This document shows, piece by piece, positions 40,891 to 50,668 of a DNA stretch of 64,000 nt. Source of the DNA: a bacterium (GTDB taxonomy: Bacteria; SAR324; NAC60-12). The notes below the pieces were generated by a model. That model searched no databases, had not been told where the DNA came from, and saw nothing but the letters and a program-made list of their open reading frames with translations. The stretch covers positions 192,001-256,000 of the forward strand of contig OZ242383.1 in assembly GCA_965209155.1 (NCBI GenBank), written 5' to 3'. How positions within the stretch are numbered: the stretch's first letter is position 1; each line of letters starts with the position of its first letter. The position numbers and the translations under genes are program-made.

Positions 40891-41565
40891 TTAAAGCGAA
40901 TTTGCATGTGAATGGTTACGTTTCAATCGATCAATAGCGTCCAATAGATCATCCGCCCAGTATTGGGGTGCGCAATCGTATAGACCATCCCGCCCACCAT
41001 GCCCGGTACGGACCCCGATGGAAAACATACCCAAACGCTTCGCTACCTCAAAATCAGAGGTTTTGTCTCCAATGAACACGGTTTTTTTCATGTCCAATTG
41101 GTATTTGTGACTGGCCTGCTCAAATAGTAGCGTTCCGGGTTTGCGGCACTGGCAGGGATGACAAAGTTCTCGTACAAAACCTTCCTGCCAGTACGGAAAA
41201 TGGGGGCAATAAAAAAAATCGTCAATATGCGCATGCATGGCCGCCAGGGCATTCTTCAATTTCAATCCGGTCCGCGTGAAATTTTCTTCCGTCAATTGTC
41301 CTTTTGCAAAAGCCGCTTGATTGCTGACAACGATACAAAGCCTTCCCCATCGATTGATTTGATAAATCGCATGCAAACTGCGAGGAAAGGGATGGAATTG
41401 TTCTGGAAAGAGTATTGGTCCCGGTTCTTCATTGACGACGCCATCCCGGTCGATAAAAATTGCTTGCCACTGCGTCGTTTGGTCGATCGGATGGGAACCC
41501 CCGGGGAAAGAGGGGATTGACTCATTGGAACTTTTCAGCATACAATTCAGGATGGAAACCAACAA
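40891..41565 (-). CDS. gmhB: HAD-IIIA hydrolase (D,D-heptose 1,7-bisphosphate phosphatase-like); start uncertain
   Basis: FIDRDGV, VSNQ, YCPH, CQCRKPG, FIGDKTSD. Confidence 0.8.
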   Translation of the reverse strand: MLVSILNCMLKSSNESIPSFPGGSHPIDQTTQWQAIFIDRDGVVNEEPGPILFPEQFHPFPRSLHAIYQINRWGRLCIVVSNQAAFAKGQLTEENFTRTGLKLKNALAAMHAHIDDFFYCPHFPYWQEGFVRELCHPCQCRKPGTLLFEQASHKYQLDMKKTVFIGDKTSDFEVAKRLGMFSIGVRTGHGGRDGLYDCAPQYWADDLLDAIDRLKRNHSHANSL

Positions 41566-41860
41566 TGAATTTGTTTTGCATGAGAAACGCCGGAGCTCTT
41601 AAGTTGCCACTCGGCCCCATCACTTGCTTCAAGATGGAGTTTTTATCATCGACTCGAGGATCAAAAGACAAGATTTTTTTTCCCTTTGCAACCGTGATTT
41701 GATCTGTAGTAATGAGAAGTTCCCAGGCTTTTTTTTCGCCATAGCGTTCTTTCCTGGCATCCGTGATTGCTTTGATTTGAATTTGTCTGGCATCAAGAAC
41801 CTCTTGCGCTCGCTTACAAGAGAGTCAATTTTTTCGAAGATAGGCCCAATCGATTTTCAT
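41522..41860 (-). CDS. ArsC-family thioredoxin-fold selenoprotein (UxxC); absent from ORF track
   Basis: MKIDWAYLRKN-TGA-LSCKRAQEVL...VAKGKK...MGPSGNLRAP...VGF; the only internal stop is TGA at 41825-41827; hairpin ctcttgt..gcaagag follows it. Confidence 0.85.
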
Positions 41861-42064
41861 ATTTCATACACCGGAAAAAAGTAAAGACCGTAAGGGTCCC
41901 AATTTAGCAGGTGAGACGCCCGCTTCACTGGTAAAATAAATTTTTATTCAACTCATGCGCGTAAAGAATCTAAAACGAACAGCGCCTTGGAATTGCAGAC
42001 ATCATCTGAATAATATGGCTGCGGGTCCCACCAGTGGCTGTCAACTAAAAGAAAGGATAAACCA

Positions 42065-42586
42065 ATGGGAGCAGAAAGACAATTCATACCTTTAGACATT
42101 GCAATCCTCACCGTTTCCGATACTCGCACGGAAGCCAATGACATGTCCGGGAAAACCCTGGTGGATCGTCTGCAAGAAGCCGGGCACCGTCTATCCTCCA
42201 AATGCATAGTCCCGGATAACATTTACCAAATCCGAGCCGTGGTATCTCAATGGATTGCCGACGAGACTATTGATGTGGTGATTTCCACGGGAGGTACCGG
42301 GGTCACGGGGAGAGACGGAACCCCGGAAGCGATCCAACCTTTGTTTGATAAAGAAATTGAGGGGTTCGGAGAATTGTTCCGTTCTATTTCCTATACCGAT
42401 ATAAAAACATCCACGGTACAATCAAGAGCAGTTGCCGGAGTGAGTAATGGCACTTATCTTTTCTGCTTGCCGGGTTCCTCGGGAGCTTGTCGTACCGGCT
42501 GGGACGAAATCCTCAGGGAGCAGTTGGATTATCGTCACATGCCTTGCAATTTTGCCGAATTGATTCCACGACTGAAAGAGCACTGA
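42065..42586 (+). CDS. moaB: Molybdenum cofactor biosynthesis protein B
   Basis: LTVSDTR, STGGTG..RDGTPEA, GFGELFR, LPGS, PCNF. Confidence 0.95.
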   Translation: MGAERQFIPLDIAILTVSDTRTEANDMSGKTLVDRLQEAGHRLSSKCIVPDNIYQIRAVVSQWIADETIDVVISTGGTGVTGRDGTPEAIQPLFDKEIEGFGELFRSISYTDIKTSTVQSRAVAGVSNGTYLFCLPGSSGACRTGWDEILREQLDYRHMPCNFAELIPRLKEH

Positions 42587-42591
42587 ATAAC

Positions 42592-43515
42592 ATGCAAACG
42601 GGGTTCGAATCTTTTCCAATAGCCATCCGTAAGGAACTCGTACGTCTTAGTCACAAAAAAGGAGTATTGGAAGCAGGTACCGTAGAATGGATGCTCAAAG
42701 AGTTGGATATACCCCTTGCGCAATTGATGATTCGCTTGTTGCCCTTCGCGGCTCAATACGCCATGGTACCCATTTCGAACTTCCGGGTGGGAGTGGTGGC
42801 GCAAGGCGGTGTTGTATCTGCTTCGGGAGCGGCTGATTTATACCTCGGTGCCAATATCGAATTCGCAGGACAGGCTCTCAGCACCTCGATCCATGCGGAA
42901 CAATCTGCAGTTATCAATGCCTGGATTCACGGAGAATCTCGTTTGCATTTCCTCGCCACGTCGGCAGCTCCTTGTGGATATTGTCGACAATTTCTCAAGG
43001 AAGTCGTTGCTGACGAACTCCTCACTCTTTTACTTGAGGGCGATGATGAAGAACCAATCATTACCCCTTTTTCCGACTATTTACCCAATGCCTTTGGTCC
43101 TCATAACCTGGGTTTTGCCGGTGGTTTATTGCATTCATCCGGGGAAATACAACCATTGATATTAAAAAGCGACTCGAACGATCCTCTGGTTTTGCAAGCG
43201 CTGGAAGCCGCCCGTCGTTCTTATGCGCCTTATACGAAAAATTATGCGGGATGCGCCCTGAAAACTTCGGATGGAGCAGTCTACACAGGGCGTATTGCCG
43301 AAAATGCCGCATACAATCCCAGTATCTCGCCTTTACAGTCGGCTATTGCCTTCATGAATATGAATCACCCATTACACTGTCCCAGGCCCCTTGTTCAGGC
43401 CGTCCTTGTAGAAGTCCCAACTCGAGCGAGTCAGCATGATGCCACAGAAGTCTTGATTTCCAAATTCGCTACGGACGTCAAACTGCAATATCATCAAGCA
43501 CGGATTTTCTCGTGA
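42592..43515 (+). CDS. cdd: Cytidine deaminase (two-domain type)
   Basis: PISNFRVG, HAEQSA, PCGYCRQF, SYAPY, ENAAYNPS. Confidence 0.93.
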   Translation: MQTGFESFPIAIRKELVRLSHKKGVLEAGTVEWMLKELDIPLAQLMIRLLPFAAQYAMVPISNFRVGVVAQGGVVSASGAADLYLGANIEFAGQALSTSIHAEQSAVINAWIHGESRLHFLATSAAPCGYCRQFLKEVVADELLTLLLEGDDEEPIITPFSDYLPNAFGPHNLGFAGGLLHSSGEIQPLILKSDSNDPLVLQALEAARRSYAPYTKNYAGCALKTSDGAVYTGRIAENAAYNPSISPLQSAIAFMNMNHPLHCPRPLVQAVLVEVPTRASQHDATEVLISKFATDVKLQYHQARIFS

Positions 43516-43619
43516 ATTATAAAAAAATTTTTATTTTAAAAAATGTTGTTTTCTTCGATTAAAACATGTATAAAGATGGAGTCTGTTCAATTCATTTCAA
43601 TTTTTCAGAGGAGATTCTC

Positions 43620-43925
43620 ATGAAAAAATTAACATTAGCAATATTGGTATTGTTTGTTTTCAGTACAGGAACTGTAGTAGCTGGTGGATTTGGTAGTGGT
43701 TGCGGTTTTGGTGGTCATTCAGAAAAGGAAATGACGAGCGTCCAACCTTCCCGAACCATAATCCTGTTGGAATTGGATGACATGCGTGTGGAACTGACAG
43801 ATTATTCTGCTAAAGACAAGCGCTACAATGTCACCGACCTGTCTGGAGAAATTCTAGCCTCAAATCTGACGGAAGAAGATCTTTCCAATCAGTTCCCGGA
43901 ATTATTCGATGCCTTGCAAGGATAA
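43620..43925 (+). CDS. Exported hypothetical protein
   Basis: gaggag RBS; signal peptide MKKLTLAILVLFVFS. Confidence 0.7.
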   Translation: MKKLTLAILVLFVFSTGTVVAGGFGSGCGFGGHSEKEMTSVQPSRTIILLELDDMRVELTDYSAKDKRYNVTDLSGEILASNLTEEDLSNQFPELFDALQG

Positions 43926-44372
43926 TTTTTTCTCTTTTTCAGGTTAGTTGATTGTGTCCCCGGGAACTTCGTCTCGGGGATACCTCTTCCTTGAATTCCC
44001 CGCCTGCTCGACGTTACAGCTTTTACGGAAATTTTTCACTCCTCTCAATCCGTCTCTTCCATCGCTTCAACCGTTGATTCATTTAATACCTGCTTGGGAA
44101 CCCTGACCTGAAAAGAGATTCCCATGCTTGCTACACATTTGGATCAAGTGGGATCCTCCCTTGCTTGACCACTTTTTTCCCCTTTAAATTGCCCTCCACC
44201 AATACCCCTGAGGTTCTCCCCGGATTCCAGACTCCTGCCCCAAAACCATAGAGTTTTGCTGCACCTATCTTGAATCAGCTCAGAAAAAGGGATCGAAAAG
44301 AAAGAAAAGATGTTCAACCATCCTCAATAATATCAATAACCTGCATTTCAAAAAAAATATTATCAAAAAATC

Positions 44373-44400
44373 TTGACATATATAGCACCTATCGTACCAT
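44373..44400 (+). promoter_or_regulatory. Putative sigma70 promoter for the SBP gene at 45094
   Basis: TTGACA-N16-TACCAT. Confidence 0.5.
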
Positions 44401-44508
44401 GGGATTGTTTGGGGATGAAGGAAATAAATCAAGTATTTTGGAAGCAATTCCTCTTGAAGGAAAGGAGGTGCACCAGACGTAAATTAAATATATCCAATTA
44501 AATTAAAA

Positions 44509-45068
44509 ATGAACTACCCCGCAGCAGAGCTACGGGGTATCGGAACTCAGCACAACTCCAACTCTAATTGCTGATGATGGAGCTTTTGATACTCGTTTTC
44601 AGAACCTTGATTTTTTACATACTGGCGAATAGCATCTTCGCTTGCAGCATGTCGCCCAACAGTGCTGATGAAGTATCCCTTTGACCAGAATTCGCCGCCC
44701 CATAGCTGCTTTTTGATGGAGGGCACTCTTTTGAAAATTTCTTTAGCTGTAATACTTTTGACTGTCTTTACAATCTTTGTTGGACTATATGAAGGGACTG
44801 ATTGGATCAAGAAATGGACATGATCCCGATCTGTTCCTATCTCAATAAATGCAATCTCGTAACGCTGAGCAATTTCCAAGCTAATCTCTTTTAGAGTCAT
44901 ATCCACCTCATCGGTGAACACTACTCGACGGTATTTAGCCGGACAAACCAAATGGTACAATAATACCGAAACGTTATGACTTTTGTGGATATATTCGCTC
45001 ATGAGAGCGAAAATACACCACACGAAAAAGCGAAGCAAGCTTCGGGGAATTAGACCCGAAGAGATTAA
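44509..45068 (-). mobile_element. IS200/IS605-family element (tnpA only); ends approximate
   Basis: Subterminal hairpins taccccgcagcagagctacggggta and cgaagcaagcttcg; no IR or TSD. Confidence 0.85.
44547..45002 (-). CDS. tnpA: Y1 HUH transposase
   Basis: YHLVCPAKYRR, DHVHFL, LWGGEFWSKGYF, YVKNQ. Confidence 0.95.
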   Translation of the reverse strand: MSEYIHKSHNVSVLLYHLVCPAKYRRVVFTDEVDMTLKEISLEIAQRYEIAFIEIGTDRDHVHFLIQSVPSYSPTKIVKTVKSITAKEIFKRVPSIKKQLWGGEFWSKGYFISTVGRHAASEDAIRQYVKNQGSENEYQKLHHQQLELELC

Positions 45069-45072
45069 ATTA

Positions 45073-45230
45073 ACTTCTGACAAAAGAGGGACTATGAAAG
45101 TAAAAATGAAAATGCATCAACAACCATTCACTTCTACCAATGGAGGACCTATGAAACGTCAAATCAAAAATAATCAATTCACTTCTGCCAATGGAGGACC
45201 TATGAGAAACCACATCACGAAAAAAATCCA
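45073..45230 (+). repeat. Three tandem RBS+ATG units, in frame
   Basis: acttctRccaatggaggacctatga x2 plus acttctgacaaaagagggactatga; ATGs at 45094, 45151, 45202. Confidence 0.8.
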
Positions 45231-46986
45231 ATCATTGTTATTAACCCTCATCCTGGGTGTGTTTGCCCTTGGGGTGGGCCTGGCCGCCGCGGCTGAGAAA
45301 AAAATGGTCAAAGATCCCACTACCGGTAAAATGGTGAGCGCACCGGAATATGGCGGGAGATTGACCATCGCCAAAAAACCCGAACCACCGCATACGGACT
45401 CCTGGTTCACGCACGGAGCAGGCGCCGCCCACAGTGCCGTTGTCGAGAAGTTAGCCGACGGGAACTGGGGAATCAATCGAAGCGAACACGATTTTAAGTC
45501 AAACTTCGTACCGCTCTTTGCCTTGAAGGGGCATCTGGCTGAAAGCTGGGAGCAGCCCGATCAACTGACAATTGTCTTCCACGTCCGCCAGGGCGTGCAC
45601 TGGCACGACAAGGAACCGATGAATGGCCGTGCGCTTACTGCCGAGGACGTGGTGTTCAACTTCCATCGCCTGACGGGTCTTGGCAGTGGCTTCAGCGAAC
45701 CGAGCCCCTATACTGCGGATATCACCGCTGTGCCATTCGAATCGATAACGGCCACCGATAAAAATACGGTTGTGTTTAAGCTGAAACGACCATCACCCAC
45801 CGCATTGCTGACTATCCTCGACAGTCCCTATGTGTTTATACAACCGCCCGAGGTAATTAAGCAACACGGGGATGTCAAGGATTGGAGGAACCTGGTCGGT
45901 ACCGGTCCTTTTATGCTGACCGAATGGGTGGAGGGCAGCTCGATGACCTGGGTCAAGAATCCAGACTACTGGGGCACTGACGAAAAATACCCGCGGAACC
46001 GCCTGCCCTATGTCGACGAGTTGAGGGCCCTGATTTTGCCGGAAGACGCCACCCGTCTGGCGGCACTACGGTCGGGTAAGCTGGATTATATCGGTCACCT
46101 CGGCGTCTCTCAAATATTTACGATCGACGAGGCAGAAAGCCTAAAGAAGACAAATCCCGAACTGGTACTGACTGCGTTTGCCTTTCGTTCAGAAACTTCT
46201 TTTGCGGCTGGTGTACGTCCCGACAACTCGCCCGTTAACGATCTCGAGGTGCGCCAGGCCATGCAAATGGCACTGGACCTCGAGACCATTGCCAATACCT
46301 ACTTCAGGGGTTGGGCCGAGTGGAAACCAATGGGGGTGAATGGCACGGGTTTAAAGGGGTATTCCATCCCCTTTGACGAGTGGCCTGCAGAAGTCAAGAA
46401 GGGCTATATGTATAACCCGGAAGGGGCGGAGAAGCTCCTTGATGAAGCTGGATATCCGCGCGGCGCTGACGGTATTCGCTTCAAGACCGTCTTGAACCAC
46501 CTCGATCGCTGGGATTTGGCTTTTAGAGAATTAGTGGCCTCCTACTGGCGTAAGATTGGCATCGATGTAGAGATCAGGGAGATGGACGGATCCAATTTTG
46601 GAGCAATCATACGCGAACGTACTTATGAAGGTGTAATCGATTCAAATCCGGGTTACGAGTGGAACCCCCTGGGGCAGATCGCCTGGTTTAAATCGGACTC
46701 CGGATGGAACCCCCCGAATATCCAGGACCCGGTTTATGACGACATGGTTGAAGCCGCCCAAGCCGCAACCACCATGGAAGAGATGCAGAGGCTGATTATC
46801 GAAGCAGATATGTACGTAATCAAAAACCATTGGTATATCTGGGGTGGTCGCGCGCCACAGTTTAACGTGAACCAGCCTTGGCTCATCGGTTATAACGGTG
46901 AAATGCAAATGGGAAACATGGACTTTAATGGTGTCTTCGCCCGCCTCTGGATCGACCAGGATCTGAAGAAAGAAATGGGCTTCTAG
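45094..46986 (+). CDS. Family-5 ABC substrate-binding protein (orphan); most likely start 45202
   Basis: Signal peptide, then KDPTTGKMVSAPEYGG, LAESWEQ, VGTGPFML, RLWIDQDLKKEMGF. Confidence 0.94.
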   Translation: MKVKMKMHQQPFTSTNGGPMKRQIKNNQFTSANGGPMRNHITKKIQSLLLTLILGVFALGVGLAAAAEKKMVKDPTTGKMVSAPEYGGRLTIAKKPEPPHTDSWFTHGAGAAHSAVVEKLADGNWGINRSEHDFKSNFVPLFALKGHLAESWEQPDQLTIVFHVRQGVHWHDKEPMNGRALTAEDVVFNFHRLTGLGSGFSEPSPYTADITAVPFESITATDKNTVVFKLKRPSPTALLTILDSPYVFIQPPEVIKQHGDVKDWRNLVGTGPFMLTEWVEGSSMTWVKNPDYWGTDEKYPRNRLPYVDELRALILPEDATRLAALRSGKLDYIGHLGVSQIFTIDEAESLKKTNPELVLTAFAFRSETSFAAGVRPDNSPVNDLEVRQAMQMALDLETIANTYFRGWAEWKPMGVNGTGLKGYSIPFDEWPAEVKKGYMYNPEGAEKLLDEAGYPRGADGIRFKTVLNHLDRWDLAFRELVASYWRKIGIDVEIREMDGSNFGAIIRERTYEGVIDSNPGYEWNPLGQIAWFKSDSGWNPPNIQDPVYDDMVEAAQAATTMEEMQRLIIEADMYVIKNHWYIWGGRAPQFNVNQPWLIGYNGEMQMGNMDFNGVFARLWIDQDLKKEMGF

Positions 46987-47128
46987 CTGCCAGACAAGAA
47001 AGCTACCGTCCGCTCTTCAGAGGCCAGCGGGCGGTACCTTCGGGAAGCCTCCTCGCCCCTTGAACGCTTTCTATTAAACTGCCAGGATAATCACTTAAAT
47101 CTTCAGGATCGCATCCCTTGGAGCCGAT

Positions 47129-47594
47129 ATGAATTATACCGATAATCGTGTTTTGTCGATACGAACATATTTCTCTACTCCCTTGATAAAGATTCGCCAA
47201 ATAAGCAGAAGATTGCCCAGGAGATCATTAAAATTTGTGGCAAAAAGGCCATGCTTCCTTAAGTTTTCAAGTCCTTTTTGAATTCCAGGAGGTGCTTCCT
47301 TAAAAATTGGCTGAGCAAGTAGATTTTCAAAAACGTAAGGAAATTGCCGAGGATCTTTCCAAATGGCCTGCGATCATTCCGACTCGAGCATTATTATTAA
47401 AGGCAATTGATTTCCAGAAACAACATCAACTCTCTTGGTGGGATAGTTTGATTGTCGTCAGTGCAATCGACAGCCATGCTACCCCTTTACTCACAGAAGA
47501 TTTGAACCATGGTCAACGTTTTGAGAATGTCACTGTGGCGAACCCCTTCATTAGTCCAACAGAGCATAACACCCCTAATAATACTCATGACTAA
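47129..47594 (+). pseudogene. PIN-domain toxin, frameshifted
   Basis: MNYTDNRV then (shift) FVDTNIFLYS; C-terminal LSWWDSLIVVSA..LLTEDLNHGQ..NPF. Confidence 0.8.
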
Positions 47595-47652
47595 CCGGAC
47601 GTAAAATCTGAGAGTTGGAAAGGGGTAACCCCCACCGCTCGGGCAACCGTTT

Positions 47653-48837
47653 TTATCCAGGGTCAAATTTTTGAAAAAATTCAGCGATTCGATGATAATT
47701 GAAATAGTCGACCCCTTGACGTTTTTGATGAGTATGACCGGCATAGACCACCCACTTCCCCAGATCTATTCCCGGTTCTATTTTTTCAAACAATGCGATG
47801 TCTTTGCTGAATTTCCCATGGATGGTTTCTGCTGATTTGATTTCGACAGGCAAGAGGTGAGGCCCTTTTTGAAACAACAAATCCACCTCCACCCCATTGC
47901 TGTCTCGGTAAAATTGAAATGCTGCCCGTCTCCCTCGATGGAGGCGGTATTTGAACAGTTCCGTAATCACCAGATTTTCAAATAAAAATCCTTTGAGAGG
48001 GTGGGAGCGGAGATGGGTTTCCTTTTCAATCCCCAGCAAATAGCTGGCCAGGCCCACATCATAAAAGTAGAGTTTCGGACGTTTGATCAATCGTTTGCGG
48101 ATGTTTTTGTGGTAAGGCGGCAGGAGAAAGATGACAAAGGAGGCCTCTAAGATCGAAATCCATTCTTTGATGGTAACCTGAGAGACACCGATGGCATCAG
48201 CCAGGCTTTGGTAATTCATGATTTGCCCGATTTGTCCGGCTGTCAGTCTCATAAACATCTGGAAGAGATACAGGTTTTTCAGTTTGACCCCCTGTCGTAC
48301 ATCCCGCTCGAGATAAGTTTCACAATAATCTCCCAAGGCCTGGGTCGGATTCAAGCGATCCTTATGAATCCGGGGGTAAAATCCATGATATAGAATTTTT
48401 TCCAAGGACATGTTTTTTTTCTTGTGGAACTGCAACTCTTCCAGAGAAAAGGGCAAGAGTCTTAACAGGGCGGTTCTGCCGGCCAGCGATTGGTTGATCG
48501 CGTCTCTCAATCCAATTTGATGGGATCCTGTCAAGATATAGAGGCCCTGACTCTCCTGCTCATCAACAATGGCTTGGATGTAGGAAAGCAAATGAGGGGT
48601 TCTTTGGATTTCATCTAAAATGGCACCGCTCGGGTATTGATTTAAGAATCCTTCCGGATCTTCCAGCGCGAATTCCCGCACGGAAGGTTTTTCCAAATTC
48701 AAATAGGGCTTTTGAGAGAATACCTGTTGGACCAGCGTCGTTTTTCCCGATTGCCGAGGTCCTGTGACCGTGATGACCGGATACTGCTGGACCATATCCT
48801 TCAGATACGATTCGGATATACGGGGAATATAACGCAT
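47653..48837 (-). CDS. AAA_14 / DUF4143 ATP-binding protein
   Basis: GPRQSGKT, ILDEIQ, LTGS, SLAGR, KLYFYDVG, FENLV, EVD..VEIK. Confidence 0.9.
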   Translation of the reverse strand: MRYIPRISESYLKDMVQQYPVITVTGPRQSGKTTLVQQVFSQKPYLNLEKPSVREFALEDPEGFLNQYPSGAILDEIQRTPHLLSYIQAIVDEQESQGLYILTGSHQIGLRDAINQSLAGRTALLRLLPFSLEELQFHKKKNMSLEKILYHGFYPRIHKDRLNPTQALGDYCETYLERDVRQGVKLKNLYLFQMFMRLTAGQIGQIMNYQSLADAIGVSQVTIKEWISILEASFVIFLLPPYHKNIRKRLIKRPKLYFYDVGLASYLLGIEKETHLRSHPLKGFLFENLVITELFKYRLHRGRRAAFQFYRDSNGVEVDLLFQKGPHLLPVEIKSAETIHGKFSKDIALFEKIEPGIDLGKWVVYAGHTHQKRQGVDYFNYHRIAEFFQKFDPG

Positions 48838-49406
48838 GGTTTGATTTATGTAAAATTAAAGTTATACTTAAATTTTACATCATCGAAGCAAAATGTCAAA
48901 CCCCGTCACTCGCTGCTCAAAGGAATCTCCCTAACGTTGAATGCTTGTTTCGCTTTTTTCAGAGAACCATTTTAGTTTTTTGATTTTTCCTTCTTCTTAA
49001 GGGAAGAAGGACTCAAATGGTCTATGTAAACTATGATCGTTTCTTATTTGCAGATGGACTTATGACCCTACGGAAACATTCATCTACTGGCATTTCCGCA
49101 ACTTCTTTTCCTTTGCCCAAGAGAATTTCGAATTACTAAGGGGAAATCAGGTAACATTCCCCAAATATTACGTCAAGGAGTCCTGACTGATACAACATAC
49201 AGGAGACTTCGGTTCAAACACTTTAATTCAATTATCCTCCCGAATCACGTGAAAACTGAAAATTTGTCCTTTACATTCTGTTTTCCAGGTGTTAGCGTCT
49301 TCAACAGTTTGTAGGAATTCCCTGGTTCACAATTACTAACTTTTCTTCCTCACGAAGAGAGAAGTGGACCAGCCATCTTTGAGACCAGTTTAAAAGGAGA
49401 ATACTT

Positions 49407-50462
49407 GTGACATCTGATACCCGTTTTACATTCGAAACCCTCCATTCATTCTCCCATCAGGTTATGGTGTCTGTCGGCGCATCAGAGCAAAACGCGACAA
49501 TCGTCGCAGACCACCTGGCTGGTTCGAACCTGGTTGGTCACGACTCCCACGGCGTCCATCGTTTGGAGGAATATGTGAATGCTATCCAAGAGGGACGAGT
49601 TGATCCCAGGGCAGTTCCTACTCCGGTACATGAGCGAGCCACCACTGCGGTATATGAAGCCGTGGGAGTACTCGGACAGGTAGCCGGCGCATTAACCACC
49701 GAACAGGTAATCGTACGGGCCTTGGAGCAAGGTACGGCGGTCGTCACAGCACGCAACGCCAACCATATTGGTCGTGCTGGCGTATACGCAATGCAGATGG
49801 CGAATGCCGGATTGGTCGGTCAGGTGTATTGCAGCGGCAACGGATCACCACTGGTGGCCCCTTGGGGTAGCACCGAACGCAGGTTAGCGACAAATCCGAT
49901 TGCCATTGCCGTGCCGACATCCGGAGAACCGATTTTGGTCGACGTAACCACCAGCGTGACAGCTGAAGGAAAGATTCGCGTGGCACGCAATGCCGGCAAA
50001 CGACTACCTCCGGACCAGATTCTGGATCGCGATGGGAACCCATCGAATCGACCGGAGGATTTATACGCAGGTGGCTCAATTCTCCCACTGGGAGCTGCCA
50101 TGGGACACAAGGGTTACGGGTTGTCGGTAATCGTCGACCTGCTCGGTGCGATGCTCGGTGGTGCCGGGGCCGCAAACATGGATACCAAATTCAGCAACAA
50201 CTTCTCACTCTGGGCAGCCGACCCCGAAGCGTTGGGCGGTCGTACTGAAATGGAGCGCTTGCAGCAGGAGTATTTCACGCAACTCAAGTCCGCAACCCCT
50301 AAACCCGGAGTAGACGAAATCTTTCTACCGGGTGAACCCGAGCAACGTACTGCGGAGGCGCGCACGCGAGACGGATTGCCATTAGACGCGGGTACCGTGA
50401 CTCGCTTGGATGGATTGGCGGATCACCTGGGTTTAACTCTGTTGAGCAAACAAAAATTTTAA
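49407..50462 (+). CDS. Ldh_2 family oxidoreductase (malate/L-lactate/ureidoglycolate dehydrogenase type)
   Basis: GHDSHGV, NHIGR, TNPIA, GHKGYGL, LPGEPE. Confidence 0.9.
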   Translation: MTSDTRFTFETLHSFSHQVMVSVGASEQNATIVADHLAGSNLVGHDSHGVHRLEEYVNAIQEGRVDPRAVPTPVHERATTAVYEAVGVLGQVAGALTTEQVIVRALEQGTAVVTARNANHIGRAGVYAMQMANAGLVGQVYCSGNGSPLVAPWGSTERRLATNPIAIAVPTSGEPILVDVTTSVTAEGKIRVARNAGKRLPPDQILDRDGNPSNRPEDLYAGGSILPLGAAMGHKGYGLSVIVDLLGAMLGGAGAANMDTKFSNNFSLWAADPEALGGRTEMERLQQEYFTQLKSATPKPGVDEIFLPGEPEQRTAEARTRDGLPLDAGTVTRLDGLADHLGLTLLSKQKF

Positions 50463-50668
50463 CGCGCTAATTGGCCTGGACCTCACCTGATCCTTCCGTT
50501 TTCCGCTTGATTCCTTTTTTCTGACCATTTCAGGATAAATGTTTATACGCTCTCTGGCTTTGGCCAGGAATGACGAGCTAAAGGAACATAGTCTTGATTT
50601 GCAATTTCAATCGTGTAATTTATAATAAATTCTCTCAATATTCACAGTTATTTTTATAGCTTTATGTT

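Noticed and set aside
37562..41500. 18/19-bp direct repeat gtcgatcggRtgggaaccc at 37562 and 41482
   Set aside because: Single short match in a housekeeping region with no mobility gene; may be chance
41885..42060. Moco riboswitch upstream of moaB
   Set aside because: No recognisable consensus
44046..44125. Possible RelB/DinJ antitoxin remnant on minus strand (GISFQVRVP..STVEAMEE)
   Set aside because: Too short to call
44983..45093. N-terminal extension of the SBP ORF from 44983
   Set aside because: Lies inside the IS200 end; RBS-linked starts are at 45094-45202
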